In this document: positions 1-10,353 of the stretch, one piece after another
Layout of the letters: the number at the start of each line of letters is the position of its first letter
Position numbering within the stretch: position 1 is the stretch's first letter
Source: Terrimicrobiaceae bacterium
Lineage (GTDB): Bacteria; Verrucomicrobiota; Verrucomicrobiia; Chthoniobacterales; Terrimicrobiaceae
Direction: 5' to 3'
NCBI GenBank assembly: GCA_041752695.1
Contig: JBGSVZ010000038.1
Coordinates: forward strand, 32,001 to 96,000
DNA: 64,000 bases
Notes under the pieces: model-generated
Databases searched by the model: none
What the model saw: the letters and a program-made list of their open reading frames with translations, nothing else
Told to the model about the DNA's origin: nothing
Made by a program: the position numbers and the translations under genes

Positions 1-259
1 GTGAGCGAGTTCCGGATGTCATCGAATGTCTTCCGGTCGCGGGACAGGATTTTTTCCGATGAGGGGGTCGGGGATGAACCTGACTTTCGGCCCTGTTAGG
101 GGGGCGTCTTTCCAAGAGTTTGCCGAGGCAGACGAGGGCCAGGATCGGAAGTGTCGCGATAAGAACTGCAGCGGCGAACAGGCACGCCACGACGAGAGAG
201 AGTTGGTTGGGAAAAGAAAGCGACAAAAATGAACGCCAGCGCTGGGGAAAATCGGTCAT
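1..259 (-). CDS. possible membrane protein, truncated by window edge
   Basis: ATG at 259; frame open to position 1; hydrophobic stretch LSLVVACLFAAAVLIATLPILALVCLG; no family recognised. Confidence 0.3.
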   Translation of the reverse strand, partial: MTDFPQRWRSFLSLSFPNQLSLVVACLFAAAVLIATLPILALVCLGKLLERRPPNRAESQVHPRPPHRKKSCPATGRHSMTSGTRS

Positions 260-405
260 GATCTTGCTTCGCGCCCGCGGTCAGAAGCGGTCGGGCGATT
301 TTCTGACGTGCAGTGGATCCCGCTTCCGAAATCTGCGTTTTCAGGCAGTGAGTGGGATATTCTTCTTGTCAATACGCCCGTTGATCATCTATGTCGGTGT
401 CACCG

Positions 406-1032
406 ATGAAAAAAGTCTTCTTCTCCCTAGCCCTGATCGTTGCGGCCAATTTTGCTCATGCGGGTGGCTTTGGTGGCCCTCCGCCATTCACAAACGGTTC
501 TCCTTTGGTCACCGGGGTCGATGGATCCTACCAGGCTACGGCACGCGGAACGAACATGGTTGGTGTGTTCCGTTTCACCTACAGTGGAGGAACTCAGACG
601 AGCTCTCCGACTCTCCCGAGCGGCACGACTGTCGATAATCTCCTCACAGATCCTTACAATGATTACGTTTTCTTTGTCGAGGGATTGACGTATCGGGGGC
701 TTGTTCAGGCGAATATTAACACAGGTTCGATTGCCGGCGTGTTCGACAATGGCTCGGCGAATGTTGCAGTTTGGGGTGACGCCGATGGTCTGGGTATCCT
801 GTCGTTTGTGTCAGGTTTCTTCCAAGGTTCGATGGATCAGCAATCCCCATACGCGGCCTTCAGCGGGGACGGTGAGATTACCGTCAGTGGTCCTGAAACA
901 AGAATTGTGGAAACTTTCCCCGACGGCCCCGACGCTCCCCCAGTCTATGTAGAAATTGAGGTTATCGCAGCCCAGTTTGCGAAAGAATTCAAGTTCAGGG
1001 GTGTCCGGGCTACGTTGAATACCGCCGGCTAG
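406..1032 (+). CDS. secreted hypothetical protein
   Basis: Sec-type signal MKKVFFSLALIVAANFAHA, then Gly/beta-rich mature region; ATG at 406 preferred over 391. Confidence 0.75.
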   Translation: MKKVFFSLALIVAANFAHAGGFGGPPPFTNGSPLVTGVDGSYQATARGTNMVGVFRFTYSGGTQTSSPTLPSGTTVDNLLTDPYNDYVFFVEGLTYRGLVQANINTGSIAGVFDNGSANVAVWGDADGLGILSFVSGFFQGSMDQQSPYAAFSGDGEITVSGPETRIVETFPDGPDAPPVYVEIEVIAAQFAKEFKFRGVRATLNTAG

Positions 1033-1096
1033 CGGGCGCGTCAGGCCTGAGTTTTTCCACCTTTTAGCTCATTAAATTTCCTGGAGAAAGTGCCAG

Positions 1097-1122
1097 CCCC
1101 TGTTCCCGGAACAGGGGTTTGT
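1097..1122 (+). terminator. terminator-like hairpin
   Basis: perfect inverted repeat CCCCTGTTCC-C-GGAACAGGGG (1097-1117) followed by TTTGT. Confidence 0.4.
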
Positions 1123-1613
1123 CATTGGTCGAATTCGTTGTCGTCGTCGCAGTTCTTGCGATTCTTTTGGCCCTAGTGGTCAAATATGGCGCGCGCACCG
1201 TTGAGAAATCGGAAGCGGTCCGCTGCGCACAGAATCTCAAATCCCTGCACGCTTCCCTCGCGGCCTACGTCCAAGACAAGGGGCATTGGCCGCAGGAGCC
1301 GAGTGGGCTTTGGGAATCGAATGACGGAAACGCCTACGAAGACTGGTGGATGAGGGAGTTGGAGCCCTACGGAGCGACAGAGAAGGTCTGGCAGTGCCCG
1401 ACAATTCAGCGGAAGATTGTGAATAAAAAGAAGGATGGGCGTCCCAAGATGCATTATTCACCGACAAAGTTCGATAACAGAGCGCTCACTCCTTACAAGT
1501 GGGCAAAGCAGCCTTGGCTGGTGGAGATTGGCAACCTGCATGGGGTTGGTGCCTTGATTTGTTTCCCCGACGGAAGTGTCAAGACGATGAATGAGGTGGC
1601 GGGCGAGCGATAG
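1119..1613 (+). CDS. prepilin-type N-terminal cleavage / H-X9-DG domain protein
   Basis: in-frame RNRG|LSLVEFVVVVAVLAIL methylation-like motif, C-x-x-N-L-K, WQCP, C-terminal HGVGALICFPDG; true start probably upstream of 1119. Confidence 0.8.
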   Translation: MSLVEFVVVVAVLAILLALVVKYGARTVEKSEAVRCAQNLKSLHASLAAYVQDKGHWPQEPSGLWESNDGNAYEDWWMRELEPYGATEKVWQCPTIQRKIVNKKKDGRPKMHYSPTKFDNRALTPYKWAKQPWLVEIGNLHGVGALICFPDGSVKTMNEVAGER

Positions 1614-1818
1614 GCACGCGTATTTCGGGCCGAAAGGTTTTGACGGCGCGAACGAAAACAGCCAAGCGGTGAGCCTCTTGCCTCGGGCTCGGTGATTTTG
1701 GGAATCAGGACCTCGTCTTGTTTCGCGCTGAACGGCCAAGTACCAAAATTCCTCTCTGTGTCCTTGCTGAACGCGGGGAGCAGCCGCTAGCCTGAGGGAT
1801 TATCCCAATGGCCGTCCG

Positions 1819-4710
1819 ATGAGTTTGAACAACCACTCTGTCATTCGCATCAAAGGCGCGCGACAACACAATCTCCAGAATCTGGATGTGGAGATTCCGC
1901 GCAACAGTCTCGTGGTGGTCACGGGATTGAGCGGCTCCGGCAAGTCGTCGCTGGCGTTTGACACCCTTTATGCGGAGGGGCAGCGGAAATATGTCGAGAG
2001 TCTTTCGGCGTATGCGCGGCAGTTTTTGGATCAAATGCAGAAACCCGAGGTGGATTACATCGAGGGGCTCTCTCCGGCGATTGCCATCGAGCAACGAACG
2101 TCTGGGGCCAATCCGCGCTCGATCATTGCGACCACCACGGAGATTTACGATTACCTGCGTTTGCTTTTTGCCGCCATCGGGCGGCCGCATGATCCGGCGA
2201 CGGGGGAGCCTGTCGTCCGGCAGACGCCCCAGCAGATTGGAGAAGCCATTCTGGCCTGGCCGGCAGGGACGAAGGTCATGGTGCTGGCCCCGCTGGTGGA
2301 GAGTCGGGTGGGGGAATTCCGCGACGTGATCGAAAAAGCCCGGCGGGAGGGGTTTGTCCGGCTGCGGATTGATGGCGAGATTGTGGAACTGAGCTCCCCG
2401 GTTTTGCCCAAGCTCGCGAAGACCAGCAAACACACCATCGAGGCGGTGGTGGACCGGCTGACGGTGAAGGAGGAGATCCGTTCGCGGTTGTCGGATTCGG
2501 TGGAAACGGCGCTGCGTTGGGGGGAGGGGAAGCTGACGGTGATCCGGCTGGACCCGGACACAGAGCGCTGGGCCGAGCAAAAATTCTCCACCGACTACAG
2601 CAACCCGGCCACGGGGTTCACCATGCCGAAGCTCACGCCGAAACATTTTTCGTTTAATAGTCATCATGGGGCCTGTCCGGGCTGTCATGGGATCGGCACG
2701 GAGTTGTTTTTTGATCCGGAGTTGATGGTCGATGCGGCCAAAACCCTGACGCAGGGGGCGATCAGGCCCTGGCGGGTGGGGCACAAGAGGATGCGCCAAT
2801 ATTATGGGGCGATCCTGGAGGCTTTGGTGACCGACACGCCAGCGCCGATGGATGTGCCGTTCAAGGATCTGCCGGAAGGATTTCGGCAGGTGCTTTTTTA
2901 TGGCACGGGCGACCGGGAGGTGACCTTCCAATCCTCGGCGGAGAAAAAGGTGACGCGTCCCTTTGAGGGCCTCGTTGCCCAGATGCAAAAGCTCTTTGAC
3001 TCCAGCGAGAGCGAATTCACCCGGAAACGTTTGCGGGCATATCAGGGGCGGAGGGAATGCGGGCTGTGTCATGGCGCGCGCTTGCGTCCGGAGATTCTCG
3101 CTGTGACCGTGCCGACGCGGGACGGTCGTCAGCTTAGCGTGAATGGGTTTTGCGAACTTCCCATCGCGGAGGCGGGAGCGGTGGCGGCCAGTTTTCAGCT
3201 CACCTCGACGGAGGAGGGGATTGTGTATGATGTGTTGCGGGAAATCCGGCAGCGGCTGGCTTTTCTCAATGAAGTTGGTCTGGGCTACCTGCAACTGAGT
3301 CGGGAGAGTGGAACCTTGAGCGGAGGAGAGGCCCAGCGTATCCGGCTCGCCACCCAGATTGGTTCCGGACTGGCCGGGGTGTTGTATGTTCTCGACGAAC
3401 CCAGCATAGGCCTGCATCAGCGGGACAACGACCGGCTAATCGGGACCTTGCGTTCCCTCCGGGATCTGGGGAATTCCGTGATCGTGGTTGAGCACGACGA
3501 GGACACCATTCGCGCGGCGGATTATATCCTGGATCTGGGACCCGGGGCCGGGCCGCGGGGTGGGCGGATCGTTGCACAGGGGACTCTGGAACAAATCTTG
3601 CAGAGCGAGGATTCCCTCACGGCGCAGTATTTAAAGAAGTCACTGAAAATTTCCGTCCCGCGTCATCGGGTGCCGCCGCGCAAGGATCGCAAGCTGGCGG
3701 GTCAGATCGGGGATGGCTGGCTGACGGTTTTCGGCGCGCGCGAGAACAATTTGAAAAATGTCACGGCGGCGTTTCCGGCCGGATGTTTCACCTGTGTCAC
3801 TGGCGTTTCGGGCAGTGGAAAATCGACTCTGGTCAACGACATCCTCCGGGCGGCTCTGGCGCGTGATTTGAATGGCGCGAAAGACCGCCCCGGGGCGCAC
3901 GACCGGATCGTCGGCACGGAGCAATTTGACAAGGTCGTGGTGATTGATCAGACGCCGGTTGGGCGCACACCGCGCTCGAACCCGGCTACCTACTCGGGTG
4001 CGCTTGGGCCGATCCGGGACTTGTTCAGCGATCTGCCGTCCTCGCGGGTTCGGGGATACGACGCGAGCCGGTTTTCGTTCAACGCCAAGGGTGGGCGCTG
4101 CGAGCATTGCCAGGGCGACGGATTCATCAAAATCGAGATGCATTTCCTGGCCGACGTTTATGTCGAGTGTGAGGTCTGCCGCGGCAAACGCTACAATCGG
4201 GAGACGCTGGAGATCACCTACAAAGGAAAAAACATCGCCGATGTGCTCGACATGACGGTGGATGAGGCGTCGCGGTTTTTCCGCAACATTCCGGCGCTTT
4301 CGACCAAGCTGGAAACCTTGCAGGATGTCGGTCTCGGGTATCTCCGGCTCGGGCAATCGGCCACGACGCTTTCCGGCGGCGAGGCCCAGCGTCTGAAGCT
4401 GGCTTCGGAACTGGCGCGGCGCGCCACAGGGCGCACGGTTTACCTGCTCGACGAACCGACGACGGGGTTGCATTTTGCGGACATCCACAAGTTGCTGGAA
4501 GTGCTCATCAAACTGCGCGACGCCCACAACACCCTCATCGTGATCGAACACAATCTCGAGGTGATCAAATGCGCGGATTGGGTGATTGATCTTGGGCCCG
4601 AAGGCGGAGGGGCGGGTGGCCAAATCATTGCGGAAGGCACGCCGGAACAAATCGTGGCGAACTCCGCGAGTCCCACCGGTCAATATCTCAGCCGGGTGCT
4701 GCGGCCATGA
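1819..4710 (+). CDS. uvrA: excinuclease ABC subunit A
   Basis: GARQHNLQN, two Walker A motifs ([18 protein letters not shown]), LSGGEAQR twice, CxxC zinc fingers; 963 aa. Confidence 0.98.
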   Translation: MSLNNHSVIRIKGARQHNLQNLDVEIPRNSLVVVTGLSGSGKSSLAFDTLYAEGQRKYVESLSAYARQFLDQMQKPEVDYIEGLSPAIAIEQRTSGANPRSIIATTTEIYDYLRLLFAAIGRPHDPATGEPVVRQTPQQIGEAILAWPAGTKVMVLAPLVESRVGEFRDVIEKARREGFVRLRIDGEIVELSSPVLPKLAKTSKHTIEAVVDRLTVKEEIRSRLSDSVETALRWGEGKLTVIRLDPDTERWAEQKFSTDYSNPATGFTMPKLTPKHFSFNSHHGACPGCHGIGTELFFDPELMVDAAKTLTQGAIRPWRVGHKRMRQYYGAILEALVTDTPAPMDVPFKDLPEGFRQVLFYGTGDREVTFQSSAEKKVTRPFEGLVAQMQKLFDSSESEFTRKRLRAYQGRRECGLCHGARLRPEILAVTVPTRDGRQLSVNGFCELPIAEAGAVAASFQLTSTEEGIVYDVLREIRQRLAFLNEVGLGYLQLSRESGTLSGGEAQRIRLATQIGSGLAGVLYVLDEPSIGLHQRDNDRLIGTLRSLRDLGNSVIVVEHDEDTIRAADYILDLGPGAGPRGGRIVAQGTLEQILQSEDSLTAQYLKKSLKISVPRHRVPPRKDRKLAGQIGDGWLTVFGARENNLKNVTAAFPAGCFTCVTGVSGSGKSTLVNDILRAALARDLNGAKDRPGAHDRIVGTEQFDKVVVIDQTPVGRTPRSNPATYSGALGPIRDLFSDLPSSRVRGYDASRFSFNAKGGRCEHCQGDGFIKIEMHFLADVYVECEVCRGKRYNRETLEITYKGKNIADVLDMTVDEASRFFRNIPALSTKLETLQDVGLGYLRLGQSATTLSGGEAQRLKLASELARRATGRTVYLLDEPTTGLHFADIHKLLEVLIKLRDAHNTLIVIEHNLEVIKCADWVIDLGPEGGGAGGQIIAEGTPEQIVANSASPTGQYLSRVLRP

Positions 4711-7091
4711 AAATCCGGGGTTTTGTTTTTCTGGCATGGGCGGCGGCCGCGACCTTGTGGGGATCTCCGTTGGACGATGCCCGTCAAGCGTTGAACGATG
4801 GCCTGCCGCAGGTCGCGATTCACAAGCTGACCCAAAACGACGGGAAATGGCCCGCCGCCGGTGACCAGGCTGCGGCGGATCTTTTGCTCGGCGAGGCGTT
4901 GATTGCAGCGGGACGCCCCGCGGAAAGCCTGGCCCCGCTCTCACGGCTTCCTGCGAACAATCTTGCGGCAAAATTCTGGATGGCGGAAGCGTATGCCGCG
5001 CTGGCTCAGCCGGAAAAAGCCTTGCCGTTGTACCAGGCTGCGGCTGGAGCGAAGGACTTGGCGGCGAAAGCTGCCATCGGGCAGTCGCGGATGTTGAAAA
5101 AACTCTGGCGGGTGGGGGATGCGCTGGCGGTTTTGCAGGCCCGCGCCAAAGCCGTGCCGGGTGAGGAGGACGTCGCCTTGGAAATTGCGGAGCAGTCGCT
5201 GGACGCCGGGGACATCGCGGGGGCGGCTGCCGCGTTGGCGGGGGTTCAGGCGCTGTCTCCGACCGCAAACTATCTGCGGGGGCGGGTGTTATTTGACCAG
5301 GGAGAGGTGAGTCAGGCGCAGGCTGTGCTGGAGACCATCACCGTCTGCCCAGCCCGATTTGTTGCCGGCCGGGACATTGCCCTGGCGGCGTGTGAAATGC
5401 ATTTTCAGGAACCCGTCGAGGCCGAGAAAATCCTCGAGTCCTTCATCGAGGAAAATGCGGCATTGCCGGGACTGGCGGAGGTGTTTTCCGCCCTCGACCG
5501 GGTGTATGCCGGGCAGACCTCCGCTTCCAGCTCGGAACTGCGGCGTTGGTCCGAGGATTCCTCGGATCTTCTGCGGGCGGGGTATGGGGTGTTTTACCTG
5601 GCACGGAACGAGGCACGCACCGGAAATGCGGAGCGGAGCCGTCAGCTCTACGCAGAATTCCTTGCCAAATATCCGGGTAATCCGCTTGGGCTGGTGGCCA
5701 GGTCGGAATTGGCGGCGTCCTTTCTGGCAGAGGGTCAGGCGCGGGAGGCGCTCGCCCTTTTGGAGTCCGAGAGCGGAGGTCAGGCGGCGTTCCTCCGAGG
5801 GAAGGCGCAGGCCGCGCTCGGTCTGCCCAGGGAGGCGATGGAAAGTTTCCTGGAGGCCGCGGAGAGCGGTTCTTTGGAGCGGGAAGCGCTTCTTAATGCA
5901 TCCCTCTGCGGCATGCTGGCGGGAGTGCCAGAGAGCAAAAATGAAGGGGTCACCCGTCTGCGTGCCCTAGCGGACGGCGCGACGGTGGTTTCCCGATTTG
6001 AATATTTGTCGGCGATGCACCGGGCGGCCCAGCGTGATCCGGACGCTGGAAAACGACTTGCAGAAATTGCCGGCAGCGACTCTCCCCATGCCGTGCAGGC
6101 TCGGCTGGCTTTGGCGGAATGGGACGCCCTGCGTCTCGATTATCCGGCGGCCCGGGAGCAATTGCGCCGCGTCTCGACGCAGGATTCGCCCAACCCGCTG
6201 GTGCAGGAACGCGCCGCCGCGCTGGCGGTTTTCGTCGCGGACACCGGCGAGCCGGAGTCCGAGACCGAGGTGAAGCGGCTGGCCGCGGAGTTTCTCAAAG
6301 ACCACCCGGATTCGGCTTTTGTCCCGGAAATTCACCTCAAGCTCGGCGAGATGTATTTTCGGCGGGGCGACTACCTCGCGGCCCGGGGAGAGTTCGGCCA
6401 GATTGCGGAAAAATTCCCATCCTCGCCGCTCGCGGAAAAGGCCGTGTTTCTCACTGCGCGGGCCATGGAGCGCTCGATGGACTCCAAAACCATCCTGGAG
6501 GCGGTGCCCCTTTACGAATCGGTGGCCGCGACCGGCGGCCCGCTCGCCTCGCGCGCCCGGCTGGCTCAAGCCATGCTTTTCAACGCGCTGAAAAGGCCCA
6601 AGGACGCCCTGGGAGTCTTCGACAAAATCCTCGAGTCGAAACCCGAGCCCGAACTCCGCTACACCGCGCTCACCGAGGCGGGAGAAACCCACTTTTCCCA
6701 AGGCCCAGAAGATCCTGCAAATTACGAGCGCGCCATTGCCACCTGGAAACTGGTGGCCGAGGATTCCGGGGCCCCGCGGACCTGGACCAACCAAGCGTGG
6801 TTTCGCATCGGGGAGGCTTACGAAAAACTCAACCAGTCTGACGCCGCCCTCGACGCCTATTACACCGTCGTCTCCCAGGGCCCGAAGGAGGCCTCGGGGG
6901 GCGCCGAGCCGGAGTATTTTTGGTACTACAAGGCGGGTTTCGAGGCTGGGACGCTCCTGGAAGAGCGCAAACTCTGGAAGGAAGCCATCGCGGTTTACGA
7001 AAAAATTTCCACCATCGACGGTCCGCGTGCCGGCGAGGCTGCCGACCGGATCAAAAAATTGCGGCTGGCAAATTTCATTTGGGAGGATTGA
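4707..7091 (+). CDS. exported tetratricopeptide-repeat protein
   Basis: signal peptide, many TPR-like helices (LGEMYFRRGDYLAARGEF, FPSSPLAEKA); ATGA overlap with uvrA. Confidence 0.85.
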   Translation: MKIRGFVFLAWAAAATLWGSPLDDARQALNDGLPQVAIHKLTQNDGKWPAAGDQAAADLLLGEALIAAGRPAESLAPLSRLPANNLAAKFWMAEAYAALAQPEKALPLYQAAAGAKDLAAKAAIGQSRMLKKLWRVGDALAVLQARAKAVPGEEDVALEIAEQSLDAGDIAGAAAALAGVQALSPTANYLRGRVLFDQGEVSQAQAVLETITVCPARFVAGRDIALAACEMHFQEPVEAEKILESFIEENAALPGLAEVFSALDRVYAGQTSASSSELRRWSEDSSDLLRAGYGVFYLARNEARTGNAERSRQLYAEFLAKYPGNPLGLVARSELAASFLAEGQAREALALLESESGGQAAFLRGKAQAALGLPREAMESFLEAAESGSLEREALLNASLCGMLAGVPESKNEGVTRLRALADGATVVSRFEYLSAMHRAAQRDPDAGKRLAEIAGSDSPHAVQARLALAEWDALRLDYPAAREQLRRVSTQDSPNPLVQERAAALAVFVADTGEPESETEVKRLAAEFLKDHPDSAFVPEIHLKLGEMYFRRGDYLAARGEFGQIAEKFPSSPLAEKAVFLTARAMERSMDSKTILEAVPLYESVAATGGPLASRARLAQAMLFNALKRPKDALGVFDKILESKPEPELRYTALTEAGETHFSQGPEDPANYERAIATWKLVAEDSGAPRTWTNQAWFRIGEAYEKLNQSDAALDAYYTVVSQGPKEASGGAEPEYFWYYKAGFEAGTLLEERKLWKEAIAVYEKISTIDGPRAGEAADRIKKLRLANFIWED

Positions 7092-7121
7092 ATTTCCCCT
7101 CCTTTCGCTGTCTCTACTTTC

Positions 7122-8201
7122 ATGCAAACATCCCACGTCAAACTCTTCATCCCGGGGCCCATCGAGGTTTCGGAAAAAACCTACCGAGCCCTCTGCGAGC
7201 CCATGATTGGCCACCGCAGCAACGATTTCAAAGCGCTCTATGCCGGCATCCAGCCGAAACTGCAGACGCTTTTCGGCACGACCCGCCCGGTTTTTCTTTC
7301 CACGTCCTCCGCCTGGGGGGTGATGGAAGGTGCCATCCGCAACCTCGTGGCCAAGAAGGTTCTGAACTGCATGTGCGGCGCGTTTTCGGACAAGTGGCTC
7401 GACGTGAGCAAACGCTGCGGGGTCCAGGCCGACGGACTCCAGGTCGAATGGGGTCAGCCCATTCTGCCCGCCCAGATTGAGGAAAAGCTTGCCACGGGCG
7501 AATATGACGCGCTCACCCTCATTCACAACGAAACCTCCTGCGGCGTGCGCAACCCGCTCGCGGAAATCGCAGCAGTGATGAAAAAATTCCCCGACGTGAT
7601 GTTCATCGTGGACACCGTGTCGTCATTTTCCACCGAACCGATTCCCATGGACGTACTCGGCATCGATGTGCTTCTCACCGGCAGTCAGAAAGCCCTTGCC
7701 CTCCCTCCCGGCCTGGCCCTCTTTGCCGTCTCGGAACGTGCCATGGCCCGGGCGAAGACGATCGAAGGCCGCGGGTATTATTTCGATTTTGTGGAATTTG
7801 CCAAAAACCAGGCTGACGACATGACTCCCAGCACGCCGGCGATTCCGCATATTTACGCCCTGCGCTCGAAGCTCGCCGACATCTTCGAGGAAGGCGTGGA
7901 AGCCCGCCACGCGCGTCACGCCAAGCTCAACGCCCTCGTGGCCGAATGGGTGCGGGCGAAGGGATTCGAGTTCTTTGCGCCGGAAGGTTATCGCTCCGTC
8001 TCACTCACCTGCGTGAAAAATAACCGCGAGGTGGATGTCGCGGCGTGGATCAAACGCCTCCGCGAAAAATACCGCATGGTGATTGATGGCGGTTACGGCA
8101 AGTTGAAAGGCAAGACTTTCCGCATTTCCAACATGGGTGACGAAACCGAGGAGACGATGCGGGAATTGCTCGCGGCCTTGGACGACACGATGGAGGGCTA
8201 A
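7122..8201 (+). CDS. class V PLP aminotransferase (alanine/serine--glyoxylate family)
   Basis: LFIPGP, IGHRS, HNETSCGV, VDTVSS, GSQKAL (PLP lysine), FRISNMG. Confidence 0.93.
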   Translation: MQTSHVKLFIPGPIEVSEKTYRALCEPMIGHRSNDFKALYAGIQPKLQTLFGTTRPVFLSTSSAWGVMEGAIRNLVAKKVLNCMCGAFSDKWLDVSKRCGVQADGLQVEWGQPILPAQIEEKLATGEYDALTLIHNETSCGVRNPLAEIAAVMKKFPDVMFIVDTVSSFSTEPIPMDVLGIDVLLTGSQKALALPPGLALFAVSERAMARAKTIEGRGYYFDFVEFAKNQADDMTPSTPAIPHIYALRSKLADIFEEGVEARHARHAKLNALVAEWVRAKGFEFFAPEGYRSVSLTCVKNNREVDVAAWIKRLREKYRMVIDGGYGKLKGKTFRISNMGDETEETMRELLAALDDTMEG

Positions 8202-8205
8202 GGAA

Positions 8206-8262
8206 AGAAGCGGAGAAGGGGAGAAGCGGGGAGGGGGGGCGAACTTCCATCCCCTTCCCCGC
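8206..8262. repeat. short octamer repeats plus complementary pyrimidine tract between convergent genes
   Basis: AGAAGCGG/AGAAGGGG/AGAAGCGG followed by CTTCCATCCCCTTCCCCGC; could form a bidirectional hairpin. Confidence 0.45.
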
Positions 8263-8270
8263 GCGAGTCC

Positions 8271-9152
8271 TTATTTCCAGCGCTGCAGCGACTCGTCGTG
8301 GAGATGGCGCTTGCGCAGGCGGGTGGTCACGACGCCATATTTTGGGCTGAATAAATACGCGCTCAGAAACACCACGCCCAGCACCAGGACAATGGCGGGG
8401 CCGGAAGGGATGTCCGCCCAAAAGGAAACCAGTAATCCCACCATCGCTCCGGCCGCGCCCAGACAACCGCCACCCCACGACATAGCCGGATACGAATCAG
8501 AGATCAGATAAATCGTGGCCGCCGGCAGGATCATCAGGCCCAGCGAAAGCAGCACCCCGATGGCCTGCAAGGAAGTCACCATCGTCAGCACGATCAGGAG
8601 AACCAGTAGGCCAAGGAGGAGGCCGACTTTCACCCCCTGCGTTTGCGCGACGGAGGGCTCGAAGATGGCCAGCAGAATGGGTCGGTGCAGCAAGGTGAGT
8701 GTGAGCAGCACAAGCACGCCCACCCCGTAGCTGATCCAAAGATCCGTGTCGCCAATGCCGAGGATGTTACCGAAAAGAAAATGATCCAGGCTCACTTTCA
8801 CATGGGCGTATTTGATGATCCCGATGCCGATGGCCAGGGCGATAATATAGAGGGAGGCGATGGCCGTCTCATCCTTGATCCGCGAACTCCGCGCAATCAG
8901 ATGCCCGCCCAGCGCGACAAAAATCGCGGCGAGCAATCCGCCGAGGAGAAGCCCCACGGGATTTAGCCCGACGACGATCGCGGCGATGGCTAGTCCGGGC
9001 AGGAGCGAATGAGACAGGGCGTCCGCCATTAGCGCCAATCGGCGCAGCACGACAAACGCCCCCAGAAACCCATTGGTAAACCCAATCACCGCACAGGCCA
9101 CGAGCGCCCGCTGCATAAACTCGTACTGAAAGGGTTCGAGCAGCCAGTTCAT
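8271..9152 (-). CDS. Zn/Mn ABC transporter permease (ZnuB/MntB-like)
   Basis: FMQRAL, LRRLALMADALSHSLLPG, FLFGNILG, PSGPAIV. Confidence 0.93.
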   Translation of the reverse strand: MNWLLEPFQYEFMQRALVACAVIGFTNGFLGAFVVLRRLALMADALSHSLLPGLAIAAIVVGLNPVGLLLGGLLAAIFVALGGHLIARSSRIKDETAIASLYIIALAIGIGIIKYAHVKVSLDHFLFGNILGIGDTDLWISYGVGVLVLLTLTLLHRPILLAIFEPSVAQTQGVKVGLLLGLLVLLIVLTMVTSLQAIGVLLSLGLMILPAATIYLISDSYPAMSWGGGCLGAAGAMVGLLVSFWADIPSGPAIVLVLGVVFLSAYLFSPKYGVVTTRLRKRHLHDESLQRWK

Positions 9153-9207
9153 GACGCAGCGCCTCCGGCAAACATCAAACATCTGAAATCAACCATCAAA
9201 AATTCCA

Positions 9208-9936
9208 TCAGTGCTGGTGGCTCCCGGAAAAAATCTGCGTCGCAAAGGTGCGGGCGATGTTGGCCTCGGTGAATATTTCCGCGGTGTCTCCGCAAGCCAC
9301 CAATTCCCCATTGATCAGGAGCACTTGGTCGAAAATGTCGGGCACGCTTTTCAGGTCGTGATGAGAGGCAATCACCAGCTTGCCGGCGGCGCGGAGGTGA
9401 TTGAGGGCCTTGACCAGAGCCTCCTGGGCGTTGCGGTCGAGGCCGGTGAAGGGTTCGTCGAGCAAATAGATGTGCGCTTTTTGCGCCCAGGCCCGGGCCA
9501 GAAATGCCCTCTGCTGCTGGCCGCCCGAGAGTGCCTTGATTTGCCGTCCCGCGAACTCGGCGAGTTCGGAAACCCGCAGCGCGTCCTCGACGATGGCGTC
9601 ATCCTGCGCCGTGAAGCGTCCCCACAGCCCGAGGTCCGGGTAGCGCCCCATCTCCACCAAGGCGCGCACTGTAATAGGAAAATCCCAGTCCACCGCCTCG
9701 CGCTGGGGCACGTAAGCGACGGCGGAATTTTCTCCCGCATGGTCTCCGGTGAGGATGCGCCCGGTTTCAATCGGCATCAGTCCCGCAATGGCCTTGAGCA
9801 ACGTGGTTTTGCCAGCGCCATTCGGCCCAATCAGCCCCACCGCCGAGCCGCAACCCAGCGTCACGTTCAAGTGATGCACCGCCGGGATGCGGTTGTAGGA
9901 AACGGTGAGGTCTTCGATGACGAGATGATGATTCAT
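9208..9936 (-). CDS. Zn/Mn ABC transporter ATP-binding protein
   Basis: GPNGAGKTT, YVPQ..VDWDFP, LSGGQQQR, LLDEPF, HHDL; start MNHHLV at 9936. Confidence 0.93.
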   Translation of the reverse strand: MNHHLVIEDLTVSYNRIPAVHHLNVTLGCGSAVGLIGPNGAGKTTLLKAIAGLMPIETGRILTGDHAGENSAVAYVPQREAVDWDFPITVRALVEMGRYPDLGLWGRFTAQDDAIVEDALRVSELAEFAGRQIKALSGGQQQRAFLARAWAQKAHIYLLDEPFTGLDRNAQEALVKALNHLRAAGKLVIASHHDLKSVPDIFDQVLLINGELVACGDTAEIFTEANIARTFATQIFSGSHQH

Positions 9937-10346
9937 GGCTTGGGCAAGACGATCACATCTGTCGTTTCCGATTCGCCCCAAAGCGTTGCGTCCGCGAGCG
10001 TTTCGCCATCTTGCGAAATTTGAAATCGTGCCGCGTGGTCCGCTCCGTCCGACCACGTGACCTTCGCGACCAATTCGCAGCCAGCCGCGGGCAAGTCCAA
10101 GGCCTGCTCGAATCGGGTGGCAGCCGCTCCGCTTTGCCAGAGCATCTGGCCCGCGGCGGACAAAACGACTTGCGCCGGGGCCGTCGAGGTGACGGTGAGG
10201 TCCACGGCCAGACGTTCCGCGGGCTTCGCCTCCGCCTTCGTTTCCACGGCATAACTATGCGGCCGGGTGAGCGACCAGACGGGAATTCCCGCCAGCGCCA
10301 GAGCGACGGCTAGAAAAAGGGCATGAAGCAACGGAGAGCCTCGCAT
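9933..10346 (-). CDS. membrane-anchored hypothetical protein inside the metal ABC operon
   Basis: N-terminal TM segment plus small beta-rich domain; ATGA overlap with the ATPase gene. Confidence 0.7.
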   Translation of the reverse strand: MRGSPLLHALFLAVALALAGIPVWSLTRPHSYAVETKAEAKPAERLAVDLTVTSTAPAQVVLSAAGQMLWQSGAAATRFEQALDLPAAGCELVAKVTWSDGADHAARFQISQDGETLADATLWGESETTDVIVLPKP

Positions 10347-10353
10347 GGTGGAA

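Noticed and set aside
1101..1113. Possible Verrucomicrobia LexA box (TGTTC-N4-GAACA)
   Set aside because: The spacer is 3 nt, the site is 700 bp from uvrA, and it is better explained as a hairpin. The look-alike at about 1719-1734 is also mis-spaced.
1705..7526. Long minus-strand ORFs (570, 542 and 519 aa)
   Set aside because: Antisense shadows of uvrA, the TPR gene and the aminotransferase, typical of GC-rich codon bias; no motifs
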